This document shows positions 18,110-18,835 of a DNA stretch of 18,835 bases, piece after piece. A program made the translations under genes and the position numbers. The notes below the pieces were generated by a model. That model was not told the DNA's origin, searched no databases, and saw only the letters and a program-made list of their open reading frames with translations. Location: positions 1 to 18,835 of the forward strand of contig JBDIWC010000065.1 of assembly GCA_039794085.1 (NCBI GenBank), written 5' to 3'. The stretch's first letter is position 1. Every line of letters begins with the position of its first letter. The stretch comes from Gemmatimonadales bacterium (lineage in GTDB: Bacteria > Gemmatimonadota > Gemmatimonadetes > Gemmatimonadales > GWC2-71-9).

Positions 18110-18131
18110 AGATTAGCACACGGGTGTGACA
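18110..18131 (-). promoter_or_regulatory. Putative PafBC-type activated promoter (-26 element plus extended -10) for the four-gene operon
   Basis: Minus strand reads TGTCAC-ACCCGTGTGC-TAATCT, i.e. TGTCAC-N10-TA-N3-T. The mycobacterial RecA-NDp consensus is TGTCRG-N10-TA-N3-T. Correct orientation, about 125 bp upstream of ATG 17986; a TGn extension precedes the -10. Confidence 0.6.
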
Positions 18132-18134
18132 GCA

Positions 18135-18253
18135 TAGGCGGTAGGCGATGGGCGGTAGGCGGTAGGGACGACACACCCGTAGGGGCGAATCACATTCGCC
18201 GGGGGGGGGGTGGGTTTGGGTGTTGGGTATAGCAGGGAGCAGGGAACAGGGAG
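18135..18253. repeat. Heptamer arrays, GTAG-type REP hairpin and G-rich tract
   Basis: (TRGGCGR)x4 at 18135-18162; GTAGGGGCGAAT-CAC-ATTCGCC at 18179-18200; G10 run at 18201-18210; (CAGGGAR)x3 at 18233-18253. Confidence 0.8.
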
Positions 18254-18461
18254 TAGTCCCTTACGAACAGGATTGAACACAAAACGGCAACAAGATTTTG
18301 GGTGACAGTCCGAAAACCCGCGCAGGCAGTGCGTTTGAAGGCGGTTGGGAGGGCATTCAACTTCGAGGCATCTCGATGTTCGCGTCGCGGAGCGTCGCCG
18401 TGACCCGGTGATGGGTTTTCCCGGGGCTGACGCCCCTTGCTCGGCCAAGGGAGGTGGGAAG

Positions 18462-18561
18462 GGCGGTTCACGAACCGCCCCTACGCGCCACCGGGAGCCG
18501 GGACGACCACCCGGCCGTGTGAACGGCCTCTCGCCGCCGAGCCCGGGGCGAAAGCCCCGGG
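18462..18561. repeat. REP-like hairpins
   Basis: GGGCGGTTC-AC-GAACCGCCC-CTAC (about 18462-18485; GTAG-type, opposite orientation to the one at 18179) and CCCGGGGC-GAAA-GCCCCGGG (18542-18561). Confidence 0.75.
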
Positions 18562-18584
18562 GAACTCACGCGAAAATTCGACAC

Positions 18585-18743
18585 GCCTCTTTGGTTCCAG
18601 CCCTGCCGGCCTAGGGAGAAGAGAGTCGGGGTATTCGCTCCAAGTCCTATGTCCTATGTCCTATGTCCTATGTCCTATTGATGTCCTATGTCCTATGTCC
18701 TATGTCCCATGTCCTAAGCCGGCAGAGCCGGAACCAAAGAGGC
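18585..18743. repeat. 31-bp inverted repeat pair enclosing a (GTCCTAT) heptamer array; MITE-like
   Basis: GCCTCTTTGGTTCCAGCCCTGCCGGCCTAGG (18585-18615) versus CCTAAGCCGGCAGAGCCGGAACCAAAGAGGC (18713-18743), 28/31 complementary. Ten GTCCTAT-type units at 18644-18717 with a 4-nt interruption. Confidence 0.88.
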
Positions 18744-18835
18744 TTACACACTCGGAGCCACAGATACTGCCCGGGTATGCTCGCGGTCTGCGGGGTTCCT
18801 ACTCCCAAGACCAGATGCGGCCCGACACCTGGCCT

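Noticed and set aside
18260..18460. Riboswitch or ncRNA in the long upstream region
   Set aside because: No recognisable conserved motif by eye; would need an Rfam/Infernal search.
18799..18835. 3' end of a minus-strand gene entering from the right edge (GQVSGRIWSWE*)
   Set aside because: Only about 12 codons are visible; cannot be supported.

Overview
GC-rich bacterial window; Gemmatimonadota-like gene style is an inference only. Left arm (+): secreted S9 peptidase, a translationally coupled ECF sigma factor and membrane Ser/Thr kinase, a small membrane protein and a VOC protein. Middle (-): an intact M28 peptidase between two orphan C-terminal gene remnants (alpha/beta hydrolase and S41-like). 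Right arm (-): a tightly coupled four-gene operon. It encodes an AddB/AdnA-like inactive-helicase PD-(D/E)XK nuclease, an AddA/AdnB-like UvrD helicase-nuclease, and PafB-like and PafC-like WYL regulators. Both nuclease domains carry a four-Cys Fe-S 'staple' pattern. The operon is preceded by TGTCAC-N10-TAATCT, which matches the geometry of the mycobacterial PafBC-activated (RecA-NDp) promoter. This suggests a self-contained, auto-activating DNA-end processing module, the best candidate for an undescribed system here. Intergenic regions are packed with composite repeats: CGTC- and GTAG-type REP hairpins, 160-bp tandem units, 7-mer/8-mer arrays and paired inverted repeats. No CRISPR array, tRNA, rRNA or transposase was seen.
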